Source of the DNA: Antedon mediterranea
Lineage: Eukaryota; Animalia; Echinodermata
Direction of reading: 5' to 3'
Assembly (NCBI RefSeq): GCF_964355755.1
Contig: NC_092675.1
Span: 9,977,812 to 10,041,811, forward strand
DNA: 64,000 nucleotides
In this document: piece after piece, positions 30,201 to 45,200 of the stretch
How positions within the stretch are numbered: position 1 is the stretch's first letter
Layout of the letters: the number at the start of each line of letters is the position of its first letter
Made by a program: the position numbers and the translations under genes
The notes under the pieces: generated by a model
Database searches by the model: none
What the model saw: the letters and a program-made list of their open reading frames with translations, nothing else
What the model was told of the DNA's origin: nothing

Positions 30201-33200
30201 CTCATAATTGCACTGTATTCATATAGTACATATTTCCCATAGATTTAAATTTACTCATTAGCCATCAATAAACATTATTATAATATTTGTATTTATTAAA
30301 TCGAAACCAACAGCGATAAAAAGGCCACTAACAGGTTTGATAAATATAAAATATACAATATCGTATATTATATAATATACCTGTAAACGAATAGGCCATC
30401 CGTATGACATCATCTTTACAAATAAGATGTTTTTAATTAAATAAAACTTTTACTGTGTTCCTTTTTTCTGCCTGGTTTAATGGCAAATGTTTTGGTTCTA
30501 AACACTGATTAGTAACCCATAGTAATACTAAGAGAGTATAATCCTATTTCTTAAGCATAACTCAATTTGTTTAATTAATAACCTGAGTCTCTAAGTACTT
30601 GAACCTAATTATGAATTTAGCTTCAAATTATTGAATTTAGAAATGGGATTGTCTTCCATCCATCCACATGATCTAATTAAATGATGGTATCTATTCTAAA
30701 GAATCTAGGCTATATAAACAATCTACAGAATAACTTAAGATTGTTATATAAGTAATATGTTTTGTGAAGTCTCTACAAATCTTAATATAGTTAATTAGAT
30801 AGTAATTAGCAATTATTAATTAACACAAATCCAAACTATTATGACAAAAGCAAATATTGTACAATTAAAACATTAATGTATTTGTTTTTATTTTAAATAA
30901 AAGCAAATTTGGAAAATGTTTATAGATACTACAGTAGTTAGACTTGCCCAAATTATTTGTTCATGTTTTTAGTCAACGAGTCAGCATTTTGATTTTTTAG
31001 CTCAAGTATTATGAGGGCATGTGGCACTGATCCTGAGAGTTCTAATCCAACACTCAACGCATTGCTTGTATCTTTAGGAACACTTAGCTTATGTTTGCGT
31101 CTCTACATCCAGGTGTATTGCGCTGATTTCTATGTAGTATGTTTCCATACATGTTTTATCCAAAAAAAGGTCAGGATAATAATGTGAAGCACTTACAAGC
31201 ATTGTGCAATAAGCACTATATAAGAAGAAGAAGAAGTTTTATTATTATTATTATGCATATGAAGTGACATACAGTATTAATCTTGTTACCAAAACTACAA
31301 CAACCTATGATAGAGTGGGACTTTTCCATACCATTTTGCTTTTAACTGTATACATAACAATATATTCTGTGTTCTTTCGTTATTGTTACTTTAAAAAAAA
31401 TCATCTTTTATTTGTAAAATTTGTATTATATTGTCATATTGCATATTTTTTGTACGTTTTGTTTATTTTTTTTTTAACATGTCAATATTTATGAACTAAT
31501 TTGTATTCCAGTGATGAAAAACATTTAACATTCACAAAGAATGATAGATAAGTTGTAACAATTGTTAATCAATGTTGTAACAAATTATTGATATTTACTG
31601 TTATTCTTGTCTAATTACTACAGTACATAAACCATATTATACATATACATTCATCCATTTCTGTCCAAATTATTTACCGACCACCTCCATACAACACCCT
31701 CACCACATGAATGCACATTTTTATATTGCACTTTTTATATTTCATTATGGTATAAAGGATCTAGTTACACCTTAAAAATGATGGGTAATAATACTATTTT
31801 GTCAGATAAATGTTAACTTTAAGCTTTCTATGTGAATGTGTTAGATTCAAGGTACATAATCAATCTTGGTTGTTACACCTCATCCTTGATTCCTTTGTTA
31901 TAATTCAATTTCAATTTCAATTTATTTCCAGTATATAATAAAATAAATGCAATGAAGTGATTATGTGGGGGGAAGAGTCATATAAGTCATAAAGACTTTA
32001 AGTTTGACCCACCCCAAGATATAATTCATTATTTTCAAATTTTTTATTCACAATTATTCTGTCAGATGTTTTTTTTTTTTCTTTAATTATTAATTCAGCA
32101 TTGCGCTTTGTTTCCTCAACTTGGCACATTTTCCTTTAAAATAAACTCTTAGTATTTTTGTTTGTTTTTATAAAACAATTCCAGCAGCTTATATGTCATG
32201 CTTAGCAACTTATCTTATGTCAGATATTTTAATTGAGATTGGTTTTGTTTACAATGCAGAAATCTTAAGAAGTGACGTCAATGCAAACTACAAAGGGACC
32301 AATGCAAGGGACAAAGCTGTAGTTGAGGTAACGTCACTTTTATCAATAAATGGGAAGGTCCTTGTCAAAAATGTCAAGATACAATTTACTATTGTTTAAA
32401 ATAAAATACAAAAAAATAACAAATTCTGCTACCTGTGTGTATGCTTAAACCATGTCATCATATCACTTCTGATTATCATCAAGGTGCTGTATTACGATAT
32501 TATTCAAAATCCTTATTTTAATTATTTTCCTGTCCATCTTACATTACCAAACTCATCTCTGAAAAATCATTATTCATTTCAAATATATTAGGAGTTTTGG
32601 TGAACGCACCACTTTTTTTTCTTTGCTTACATCCACTCTTTCAAATTAAGTACCGCTTATTACAAAACAATCACCACAATCAATTATTAAAATATAAATA
32701 TAAAAATCGTACCAAAAAAAAGTTAAAAGATGGCAAGGTTTCCAAAAGTGGATTGCTACGCGCGAGTCACCACTCAAGGAAGGCATCACAAAACCAGGGC
32801 TATTATTTAGCATAATTCAGGATACAGTGTGCCTTTGATAATTTTTGGGGTGGAATTTGCACAATATATATGTTTGATTAATACTAATATTAAAGAACGC
32901 GGTACATTATTCAAAAAGAATATACTGATCATATTATGACTGGACATAGTCTTGTGTAATAACACATATTTCTTCGTTTTCAGTAAACTTTCTGAGGATG
33001 CTTAATATTTATTGAGTACTTAGTATGATAATCATCGATTCTTGTTACATAGGTTTTATTGGTCTCTAGCTACACACATACATGTATGAGCTCATTAAAT
33101 AGGTACCACCTCGCTATAAAGAGGAGTCTGATGTCTGATAAAAAAAAGAAAGGTGCTAAAAGTAAAATAAAAATAATATACTTATGTTTGTTTCGACTAT

Positions 33201-36200
33201 TGTTTGTGTATGAAAATCATGAATGTAACACTATTGCTATCTTTTAATGGTATTTCATTAACTTATTTACATTTAGCGGGCTATTGAAGAGGAAAGACAG
33301 AAACGATTTCGGTTAGAACAAGAAAACCAGAGATCCAGGCGTCATTCGGACAACACTGCCGGTAAATCACCTATTATCACGGATGAAAGATTTGGTAGTT
33401 CACCAACTGCAGGGCATCAACATAGCCGATCTCCATCTCAGGAGGTAATATAAATGATTTCTGTTTTTAACATTGACTTTGAGTATAAACATACCATTCT
33501 TTAAACATAAATTGGTGTTGAAAAGGGAAATTCCCAAGATGTAGTGTGCGGGCATATGCTTGTACATGTTCTGTTTACCCATCAACGTCATTATATTTTC
33601 CATGAAATACAATGAGCAATTTGGTCATTAGTTTTGCTGGTATAACCATATGCTATAGTAAAGATTTAGTAATTAAAAACATGTGGTTGAATTTAATTGT
33701 ATCATATTTGTATTGGGAAAGTTTATAGGAAATTTGAAAATAAACTGCCATCTTGGATATGAAGCCAAGCCAAATTCTCTACTTAGGTGGTTTGTGCTAT
33801 TGCATAATTACATAGGGCATCAACATTTCAATACTGGGAAGGGTTAAATCTACATTGGAGTGGGGTACGTGAAGGAGTACCTGCTCTGAGGTGGTATAGT
33901 TAGTATAGTATTATAAATCAACAAAGAAGTATTTCTAAACCTCCTGGTGATATACTGAATATTAATTCATTCATTTAGAAATCATAAAAATGAGGACACT
34001 TGTGAGACTACTAAAAAAAAATCCATATATATCTGAATTTCGTTTTTGTATTACTTTTTGCAGTTTAGGGCACATGCCATTGCTTTGTACACTTTCTCAG
34101 CTCAGTCTTCAAAGTAAGTTATTTTCACTATGCTCACATTATTGCTAACATTGCCATACATAAATACTGTACAGTCAAGTTCTAACAATCTCCAGCTCAC
34201 CCAATATGGTACTTTTTCCGGAAAGTGTAGTTTTAGGAATGAAATACATAACAGCTATGAGAGCTCACTGGGTAAACTCAGAGGACCAGAGCTTAGTGGT
34301 CCCAGAGCATGAGAAGCCCAATGCAACTACCCAGCGTTGGAGGGCCTGTTAAGAGTGGTAAACCAGGGGCCTTTGCACCCAATTATGCCACAGGGCATAC
34401 TATAATTTTTGTTTATCTTCACATAGAGTTGTGCACTTGCTGTATCTAAATATATATATATATATCCATTAATTAAAGATTGAACAGTATTATTTAGTGC
34501 CACTCTAGTCTGTTGACTTTATTCTGTCAGATCCAAATCAGCTTCACTTTCTAGATACCAGGTATCTGTAGACATTTTTGTAGACAGTTTCTGTAGAAAA
34601 TTATTATTTTCTTTCTTCCATATCATTGTCATAATGCATTTAAAACAATGTTATTTAGCGTAATTTGTGAGGTATGACGTTGTAATACCCTCATAACTAA
34701 GCCCACTTGAATATATAAGAACAGAAAGTTCTTTTATTTGGCCTGCTTTAACCATTGGCTTCTTTTTGAGGTTTTATAGTATTCTGTTATTAGATATGAA
34801 CAAAATTAAATTATGACTCTTTGAGGAACACAATTTAGTAATACTGTACATTTAATTTAAATGTATTATTTAGCATAATACCGTAATAGGAAACTGTAAT
34901 TTGTCGGTTTATTTATGATTTTTTAAAGTGAATCCTGCATGAATAATAAATAAAGCTGTAGAAAAATGTGTTCTTTTTCACAGAGAGTTATCTTTCAACA
35001 AAGGTGATACCATTTACCTAACAAGAAAGATTGACAATAATTGGTATGAGGGGGAGCAGTATGGAAGAGTTGGCATATTTCCAGTTAGTTATGTAGAGGT
35101 AGGCCCTAAAAGTAATTGTATGTGTTATTACATCACCATTTCCATTCATTTGTTACAAGATTTCTTGTATTAATCAATAAGTTGGTTATGTAACATTTGT
35201 ATATATTATGTTGATACACAGCCTGCAATTATTGGTGTCATTTTTTTTTATTACATAACATTTAAATCATACAATATGAGAATCTATATATTTAAAAATT
35301 CATTTATTTCCCATTTATATTATCAAACAGGTTGCTCTGTCTACATTATCAAACTTGTTTGACGAAAATGTCTTCAAATATGGTAGTGATATGCCCAAAT
35401 ATGGTAGTGATATGCCCAAATATGGTAGTGATATGCCCAAATATGGTAGTGATATGCCCAAATTTGATAGTGATATCATCGTGTCCATTATGGGGACATC
35501 ACATTTTTTTTGTCACATAAAGTCTGCTGGTGTAGACAGAGCTTATGAAGCAATCCATTTTGTTTGCCTTGACACAAAGCTACTTTATAGTAGTTGAAAT
35601 TATCATTCTTTTTACACAAACTTTAAAGCTTTCTTATAATAAATCATGACTTTTTAATGCGTATATGCAAAGAGATATATCTGTTTGTGTATCTGCATTG
35701 TGAAGTCATAATTTTAAATTTGCCTGCTGTGAGTGTACAATCGAGATCTAGCTGTTACACCATACCATATTCAGATTAAAATGAGTTGTATCTATTAAAT
35801 TAAAATTAAGCCATGAAAGCCTTATAGTAATGATACTTTGAATCTCTCTTGGCCAGCTTTTCACCTCTTGCAGATGTTCTCATCCTTAGGGACATTTACA
35901 TGTTAGGCAACGGTGGATATTTAGATTTTTCTCGTTGAGTTCAGGAAATTATATCCATTTAACGTACCTACAAAATAGTTGCTATAGCGATGAAATGGCT
36001 CTTCATTTTAGGTGGGAGTGATTGATTAGTAAAACATTCATTAAAACAAAATTCATTCGTTTTATTTGCTTTGAATCACTTGATTATGAGTTTCAATCCA
36101 CCTTGAACTTAAAAATATAACCTATAAGATAACTGACTATTATATATTCTATTTGCTAGATTATCACGACATTGGAAGAAGCGCGCAATGCACAGATTTC

Positions 36201-39200
36201 ATCGCCATCATTTGAAGGCAAAGCAAAAGCCAAGTTTAGATTCACAGGAGAGACGGCCATGGAACTTGCTTTCAAGAAAGTAAGTGAAATCTCCTCATTT
36301 AAATAACAATAATACTGTAATGATATCCTTGAAAAATCGCCTAAGCATATACAAACTGAGAAAAAGGCTAAACCCAAACTGAAATATGTGTATACGCCCT
36401 CGTTGCTAGAGTTTGGTCTTACTTGAATCCTGGTTAGCACCAGTTGAGTCTATCACATCTTTTAGTTCAAGATGACTTAATTATTTATTTTTACCAGAGA
36501 AACTTTGAATAAATGTCCCTGAATGTTATCAAATAGATTTACAATCTTGAGAATTTGCAGTACATCTCATACCTGTAACATCTAGTTAATTAGAATTTGG
36601 TGAGGCTTACATGCAAATATGATTATTTTTCCATGAAAACTTACGTTCATAAAGTTGCATTGTAATTAAATTATATGGAAACAATGAAAATGAGTATAAA
36701 TTTACTGGTTTATTTTTCCTGGATTCTTTCTCATTATGATAAATTTAATTATTGAATAATTTTATTTCCAGATTCCTTTTTAAATGAAATTTAAATAATT
36801 TGTCTTGTTTTTCAATCTTGTCTCTCTCTCTTTCGGTCATCATACCTTTTCCAATCTGACCACTAATAAAGATAAACTACAAGCATTAACATGTTTTATT
36901 TGACATCATTACATTTAATGCTACCCACGATATTATAATTATAATAGTCATGGCATTTGATTTTTAGTGTTTCTTCCTTCTCATTTTAATTGAAACGTAT
37001 TGCACGTAGCTCTTAACAACAAGAGGATGAGGTAAACACTTTATTTCATCATGACTTCCATGAAATGTGTCGCACATAATTGAATGTTACATGGTGAAAT
37101 ATAATCTGTTTATACTATAATGTAGTGTAAAGTGTTTCTTCTCGGTAAATGTGTTTTAGACATGGGTGTAATTGCTTTTCATTCTGTAATTTATTCGTGG
37201 ATGATAGTATCATCATTTAATGATGGTTAGATGTGACCTTTCCATGCAAGTATCTCATAAAACATTCTAATGATAGTAGACACATTGTATTTTTTTTGTT
37301 TGGTTTAATTTGGAAACTGAATCCAAAATAAAGGCTTATAACACAACATTCATCTTATTCCATAATTTAAAAATAATTCTAAGAATTTAAGATGTAACAA
37401 AATATAAAAAATGAACTATAATAATGTAATAATAAAAATATGTTTAGATAATCCAATCTCATAACAGGATCAAAACATTTGTTATAAACATATTAGTATT
37501 TTAAAAAAAAGATTAAAGATAAAGTTTTTCTAAATCTATAATATTATAGAGAGAATCAAGAAAAAAGTTTACTTCTTACTTAACGTCAGTTCTCAAAATA
37601 GATTGTGTTAAACGATTGCCTGATTTCAAACTTTATGTGACTGAAAAAGGCAGTAAACATCTGAAGAACTAACTTCACTAAAATGACCATAAGCGAATTT
37701 ATTCAAGACATGGAGGAAAATAAACAAGACATGATATTTTACATAAAGAAAGTTTTAACAAAGTCTTTGGCTGTGGATTTTTTTTTTATCATGCTGAAAA
37801 ATCCAAACATGCGACAGGATTTGAACACAAGACCCTGGGATCGGTAGCCAAGTCTCTGAATTATAAAGCCGCTACAACTTCACTCTAATTACGTGGAGGT
37901 GCATAAGTTATTCTTAATTCATTATGAAAGAAAACATATTGCAAAATATGATTGGCAGATTAATTTTTATAAATTTCCATTAGAAAGCAATCAAGCTAAG
38001 AAATAATAGAAAATATATTATACGCAAAAAATATATTCTCTGTACAAGAATAATATACTACAGTATTAATGATGATGATGATAATATTTATAAACATATT
38101 TGTTCATGGTGCTTGGACCGCAAAATTGGGGAATAATTTATCTGGAGTTTTGAATGAATTATAGTTATGGTAGAGGGCAGTGTTTGTAATTGTCACACCT
38201 TCACAGTTAATTTATTTGATTATTTGAAATCGTTTTGAACAATTATTTAATCTATTTGGTAAAGCATTAGGACAAAAGTGCATGTTATATATTTAAAAAC
38301 ACTCTTTTACCATGATAAAACGTGTGAAATTGACAAGCTATTAGAGTAGTTGATAGGTAATGAATCTGTTTACGACATAATGGCTACTCATTTTCATATA
38401 TCTATATATTTCTTTAGGGTGATTACATCAACTTAACTAAGAAAGTGGACAATAATTGGTGGGAAGGCAGGATAGGCAACAAGATTGGAATATTCCCAGC
38501 ATCATATGTTGAAGTTATAAAAGAGCCACAGGGTAAGTACATTAAGTTATTGTTACAATCATAGATGCAAACAAACCAGTGCAAATGATGGATTCTTGTA
38601 CTGATTTTGCAATGAGAAGAGATGTGTGTGTGTCCCATACCATATCTTACCAATCTCATCGATTAGTGCACCAAACTTTTCTGTATTTTCTCTCTCTTGA
38701 CATCCAAGGTTTCTGAGACACCCTTCGTCTAGGGTAGTTGGTGGCACAGTCCTGGTTCTTGCGCTGCCTTCCATATGGTGGTGGCTCACACAAGCACTTA
38801 GGGCCAGTCACTTTTTGAGATCTTGCTATTTTTTATTTAGTTTTTTTATGTTTTTTTCTGCACAATTTTTATTTTTATATAGTCTAACAATTGTAAATGA
38901 GTGTCCCAATTAACACTTTGACTGCCAAACACGAAGATCTTCGTTTTTGGAAACACAACCCTTGACTGCCAAACACGAAGATCTTTGTTTTTCGCGTTTT
39001 TTTACGAAATCCGGTAGATAGGTTAATTATTGGTATATACTATAAATATGGACACTATATTCGGTCTGGACCGTGAATATTTTACTTTTTGAAAGTAATT
39101 AATCTGGTTACGAACGATTGTCAAAATGGTACCTGTCGAAATAACATACACCGCGCATCACAGTAGCGCGTACAGCGATGGTTTGGCGCATTGTGTATCG

Positions 39201-42200
39201 GTCGCGCGCTAGCTATGCCGCCGAAGCATTACAAAGGTTTATGTGGATTGGCATGTTTGTTTGTTATCTGAATAAAAAATAATGGATGAATTTTCAATAT
39301 GAAGTCTTTAATTTTATTATTGTATGTATACCCTAATTGTTTTGGTGTTTCAATGTAAGTGGCCGAGTTTCACGCAACAAACTTGTTTAGAAATGGTATG
39401 AATATTATCATCAGTTTACTAGCTAGGCTAGTAGTACTAGGCTATAGCCTAGGCCTAGTCGTAAAACGGTTCTGGACCAACTTTAGGCCTAGTTAACTAG
39501 GCCTGGTGTCTTTACTATGTGGATTTTGGGGAAACATTGATGTAAGATTTATGATTTATAAAATGTAATACATTTTTCGATAGTGATAACTTGTTTTTAA
39601 GTAAATTTTTCGTTGTTGGTTGATCTCACCAGGCGATATTTTCATATTGTGATGTCTTGCACAAAATCGCGAATATCTCGACTTTCTTGCGCGAAACTAC
39701 GAAAAACTCAAAAAGTGGGTTACTTTCATTTTACTATTACGATTTACATATTGCGATTTGAAAATTGTTCTTGGTACCATTGTAAAGCTAAAATCTTTAT
39801 GATTATTTTAGTCTAAATTACATGTAAATCAGATACATAGTTTCAATCAGCTTTAATAAAAACATCAAATTGGGCTATAAACGCTGGCGGTGGCAGTTTC
39901 TAACTGGAAAAACCTCTGGCAGTCAAAGTTTTAAACAATATTGGTTGCCATGGCACTTATATTTGTTATATTGTATTCTATTTTTAATGTTCTATGGAAA
40001 TAAATATATCAAAATAGTCAAATTCCTAACTTCCTTTTTAGGAAACCCAAACATTACAACCCTTACCAAGTGTTTCTTATTCATTCAAATCATTTATGAA
40101 AAAAGAAATGTTTTGTTGTTTGTTGTAATTTCAAATAATATAATTGTGTTTGTTCTCTGCTGCACCATACAAACCATCTAATAAGTTGCCATGGTTTTTC
40201 AGCTTGCCAAACGTATGAAAATTGAGTATGATAATCAAGGTACACAACATAATAGTTCTTGTATTATATAACATTATTGAATTCATGCATTCTATCGTTT
40301 TTGACACATTAAAAAATGATTAACATGCTATATTCCCCCCAAAAAATACATTTCTTGTACTTCATTTTACTTAGAATTGTTATTCTAAAAACATCATCTT
40401 CAATTTTGACCTTGCTTAGGATCTTGGAAATTAAAATGCAATTGCTAATGAAAATGTAACATATAATGTTACCATAGAGATGTATATCTCTTCCAGACTT
40501 TAGCAAAACAATGTCATTAAATTAATCATTAATGAAGATTGTAAATTCACCGTCAACTAGTACTCAATGAACTTTTTGAACGGCACCAACGAATTTACTG
40601 ACTCTTTGTTCTTTATTTCTTTCCATATAATTCTAGCATATTTCAGCGTTATTTTAACTTCTTGTCTTTAGCCGTAAATTACTGAAATTAAACATTAACA
40701 ACATAACAATAATAAGCAATGTAGAATAAATCTACAATAAACGATTATCACAGCTTCAAAGAAATACCGCATACCTAATACAGAGTCCCAAATTGACCCT
40801 TGACCTTACATGCTCACTCAAGCGGAACGACAATATGCCCATCACATATTTCCTTGCAACGCACGTGCGATGAAATCATAGTACTTAGGCAATAATGCGG
40901 TGTCTGTTCTAGGCTAAATTCTATATTAATAATAGTCAAATAAATTTACGATACGCATCAATTACTTCTATAATGATTCTAACATTAGATGCATTATTCC
41001 ATATCATGATAAATGGTCAAACAATAAAAGTATGAGCAATCTAAAACAATGAATAACTCTCAACTACTACTGTGGTGAAAACAATATCGCCGCCAGCCTC
41101 TCAATACGAGCGAAACCCAACAGAATGCTAGCTCCAGGTGAGAACTTATACTCCTTTGATATCATTATAATTAACATAAAGTAAAACAAAAAAAACATAA
41201 TGAACCATGTATTACCGGTTCTGGTGTCGTAACCTTTTTACAACTTCTTATGGCTTTTAAATCTTGCGAAGACATTCGTCAGCACATCACATTCTTTATC
41301 ATCATGTCTGCCCAAAGGACCGCTCCAAGAGTGGGGGCACTATAACTTTAAACTACTGAAGTCAAATCAGTACAAAGATCAAAGAATAATGTTCAAATTT
41401 TTTCTCAGTATCATAATCAACATGGTATTTTGATCTATCAACATTGTTTTCATCCCTGTGTTGCAGTATTCCTCCTCGTGATCAATGTTACCATAGTTTA
41501 TTCATCTTCTTACTGGTCTTTATTTATTTCTATACTTGTAATCATCATTTTCATTCATTTCCTTGCTTGTACTTTTGTTGCTTTGTATCAATATACTGTA
41601 TTCATTAACATGATTGACATTGTCATCAAGATACAAGCAATGCACAGGTCAATATTGGTTGGTTGTCAGATCAATTTAATATCTGTGGTCTCTTTAGCTC
41701 ATAACAAGCGAACATTTTCTTAGATTTTTTAGACAGTTTTTGGAAGATAAATAAAAATTAAAGTAACATTTTGGGTTGGGCAAAAATTAAAAATATATTG
41801 TGTGACAATAAATGAAGTTTTTTTTGGTGTCCTTTTTTCTTAATTTCTATCCCTGTTTTTCTTTTCATCATAACAATCTCGTGATCAACATCATATTGAA
41901 GTTTTTTATCATATATTATAGACTACTCTCCATAATGCGTACATAAATAAATATATAAATCTAAAGCAGTAGCAAGTGAAGACGTTCAAATTGTAGTATT
42001 ATTTTGAAGTATGCCCTCTATAATTCATTGAAGTCGCACACTGTACATGTTTGGGAATATCTAGACTGACATTCCTAACATGTTTCACATACCATCTATG
42101 AAAGTTCAACTTTGTTGAAGTTTGCACAGGTCTTGCTCTTAATGAAGTTAATATTGTTTGACTTAAGTAATTCATTGAGACATCGGTCACAAGAAACCTT

Positions 42201-45200
42201 TTTACACTAAATCTTATTTGAAAGCATTATTTAACACGCACATAAGTTTATTTTATATTAAATTAATTCTTATGTTGTATTCGGGTCAATGGCTATGTAT
42301 ATAATAAATTTCCTAGGAAAGAAAGAAAGAAATATAGCAGTTGATACTTAATATAAAATGTTGTCTGTTACAGTATTTTAAAAAATAAACAGTATATTAA
42401 GTAAATATTAATTAAATGTTTTTCTAAAGACTGAGTTTTTATACTGTGGTAGTAGTTTTACCTTCATTATGTTATAAACATTTAAATCCATTGCACTAAT
42501 GATTGCTGCAGCCATTTTCCAAATAAACTATAACAATAACTTGCATGTATTTATTGAGCAGTCAAGAAATGAAATGTGTGTTATTCAACACTGTATCAAC
42601 TGTTATATAGCATAGGTGGATCCAATAGGACCCAGTCATCCCCTAAGTTTTGAAAATTACAATACAGTATATAGCATATTAGTTCAGCCACTGTACAGTG
42701 CCACATTAATTTACTTCCCCTTCCACCTGTTTCACAATGTCTTTGAGAATGAATGTTAAGGTAACATGTTTTCCATGTACATATACAATGTAGATAATAA
42801 AGACATAATATCAAATCAATGGGAAGCTAAAATAAATATTGGCATAATTTCAATTCTATTGTTATTATCTATATATAATAATGTATACATGTTTGGTTTT
42901 GAATATATCATTTTTCTATTTTACTGCATTGCAGTAGCAATATATTATGCTACTCTATGAAATTACAAAAAAAGGCATTAGAACTAATTGAATTGGGAGC
43001 TTTTAAGATATACAGTACTTTTACAATTAACTGATTAGAATAGAACTGTTGCTTCTTTTTAGGTAATGTTCAACCCAAGTCACCAGTTTCTAGGACGACA
43101 CCATCCCCAAATAGAACAAGCCCTTACCAATCCACATCATCCACACCCTATCGTCGTACAAGCCCTCAAAGTCAACAAATGAGAGTACAACAGGAAAACC
43201 CGAAAAGCTTTCAAAAGCAACATCAAACTTATTCCCAACCGCCAAAGGTACAGGTAACTATCATTTGATTTGTTAAAAAAGTAGTTTTCGTTTTACAATG
43301 GCCTATGAACTACACATATTGTGTCATTTACATCTGGACCTACAATGTGTGAATGTCCCAATGTCCATGTACATGACTAGTTTTGACCTACAATGTCCCA
43401 ATGTCCATGCACGTGACCAGTTTTGACCTACAATGTGTCAATGTCCATGTACATGACCAGTTTTGACATACAATGTGTCAATGTCCATGTACATGACTAG
43501 TTCTTACGTTCTAGGTTGTCGCAAATCTACAGCTCCATTTTATATTTGGCGGCGGGGCAATTGATTTCAACACCTGTATGCTAATTTAGAACTGGACACT
43601 CTTGAGGCAGCCAGAAGAAATTAAGATTTTTGAAATGCATAAAAGTAGAAAGGAAATAGGAAATTTCTGTGGAATTTTTTTTTCATCAGGGTTTTAAAGA
43701 GAATTTCCTGTACAAATTAACAAAATTAAACTAATTATTTTCTACATGGAAATTATGATTTATATATTAATTGCGTATGTAAAATAAAATTTATATTAAA
43801 AATGGTTAATTATTTTTTCAACAGTCGGCATTTTTACCACCTGCTTCTTCTTCATTCAAGGTAAATGAAGTATCTGGGTATAAGGGAGGCGGAGTTTCTA
43901 AGCAACCACAAGACACGTAAGTACAGCTTATTATTTGTACTTAGCATAACTCACTTACCATAGAATTGATAACTCTAATTAGTAAACCAGAGCCAATTTT
44001 TTTTTTATGATTTATTTAAATTCCAAAAGCAATCAGAGATAATTGGGAAAACTTAAAATTGATATGCTTTAATTAAAAAGAGAATCAAATGTATGTTTAC
44101 GTGCTTGTCAATCCCAAGGTCTAGGGTTCAATCCTGACCTTTGCTTCATAGTGTAAAACTACTCCACTCCCGAAGTCTCAATTGTAACTTTTTATAAGCA
44201 TGAAGTTTAGTTTATCCTGTAATTGGTGAGTAAACTTGCTGTTGGATGTGTATACAGTAATAAAAAAAGAATAATAATTAAGGTGAGGAGTTCTGAAATG
44301 CAGCGTGCGAATGCATTTCATATGGCCCGCAAATAGCTACTGCAAAAAAAAAAAGAGTAAATAAATAAAAGTAATGTTAGAAAGGGGGTTAACTCTTTAA
44401 AGCTGATGTGTGGCTACACTGCAGGTTGACATCCAGAAACCATCCATAGTTAATGAGTTCATGAACTAGCCCTGACAATGTGTGCATCTTTATAATTTAT
44501 TGACCAATCTAAGTGTCAAAGGTTAACAATGTTACAACTAACAACGTTAAAATTGAAATTATTAAAATGTAAATTATTATGTACTGATGTTTTAACCTTA
44601 CAAACACAACATTAAAATATTGAAATCAAATTTTAAATGATTTATTTAGATTCCATTAAGAATTTTGAAATTATTTTTGCATAATAACATTTTAAAATGT
44701 TTGCGTATAACGTGTTGCAATATTTTACACAACCTAGTCCAATCTTGTAAAGATATCCAAACATCAAACTGTACAGGATTTTTTTCAGTGCTCACTTCTC
44801 CCATCTCCATTGTTTGGCCAACAATAAATATAAACTAATTGTAATGTTTATCATAATGTTTTAAAATGTTTATTGATTTCGATGCATTCTATCCTATTGC
44901 CTCAGCAACATATTCATTTAAAATACTGTTTGTGTGTAACTTTTTTTCTTAATGTTTCTACTTATTTCATATATTATAATATCAAATCATAATTAATTGA
45001 TTGCAATATAAGATTTTAAACCTTTGAAAAAAAAAAACATTTAAATCTTTGTTTCCACAGTTTATTTTATTAATTATTCTTTAAATTAACTAACTAAATA
45101 TTCTTTATTCATTTTCACAATATTATCTCAAAGATTCTAATTAATATATAAGATGCCCGATTGTATACATGAATCAAAAGTTAAGTAGCAATTTAGAAAT

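Noticed and set aside
35376-35476. 21-bp repeats as a CRISPR-like array or KYGSDMP repeat protein
   Set aside because: Contiguous repeats with no unique spacers, inside MITE TIRs, in a eukaryotic intron
37810-37860. tRNA-like sequence on the - strand
   Set aside because: Only a degenerate B-box with no cloverleaf; probably a SINE head remnant
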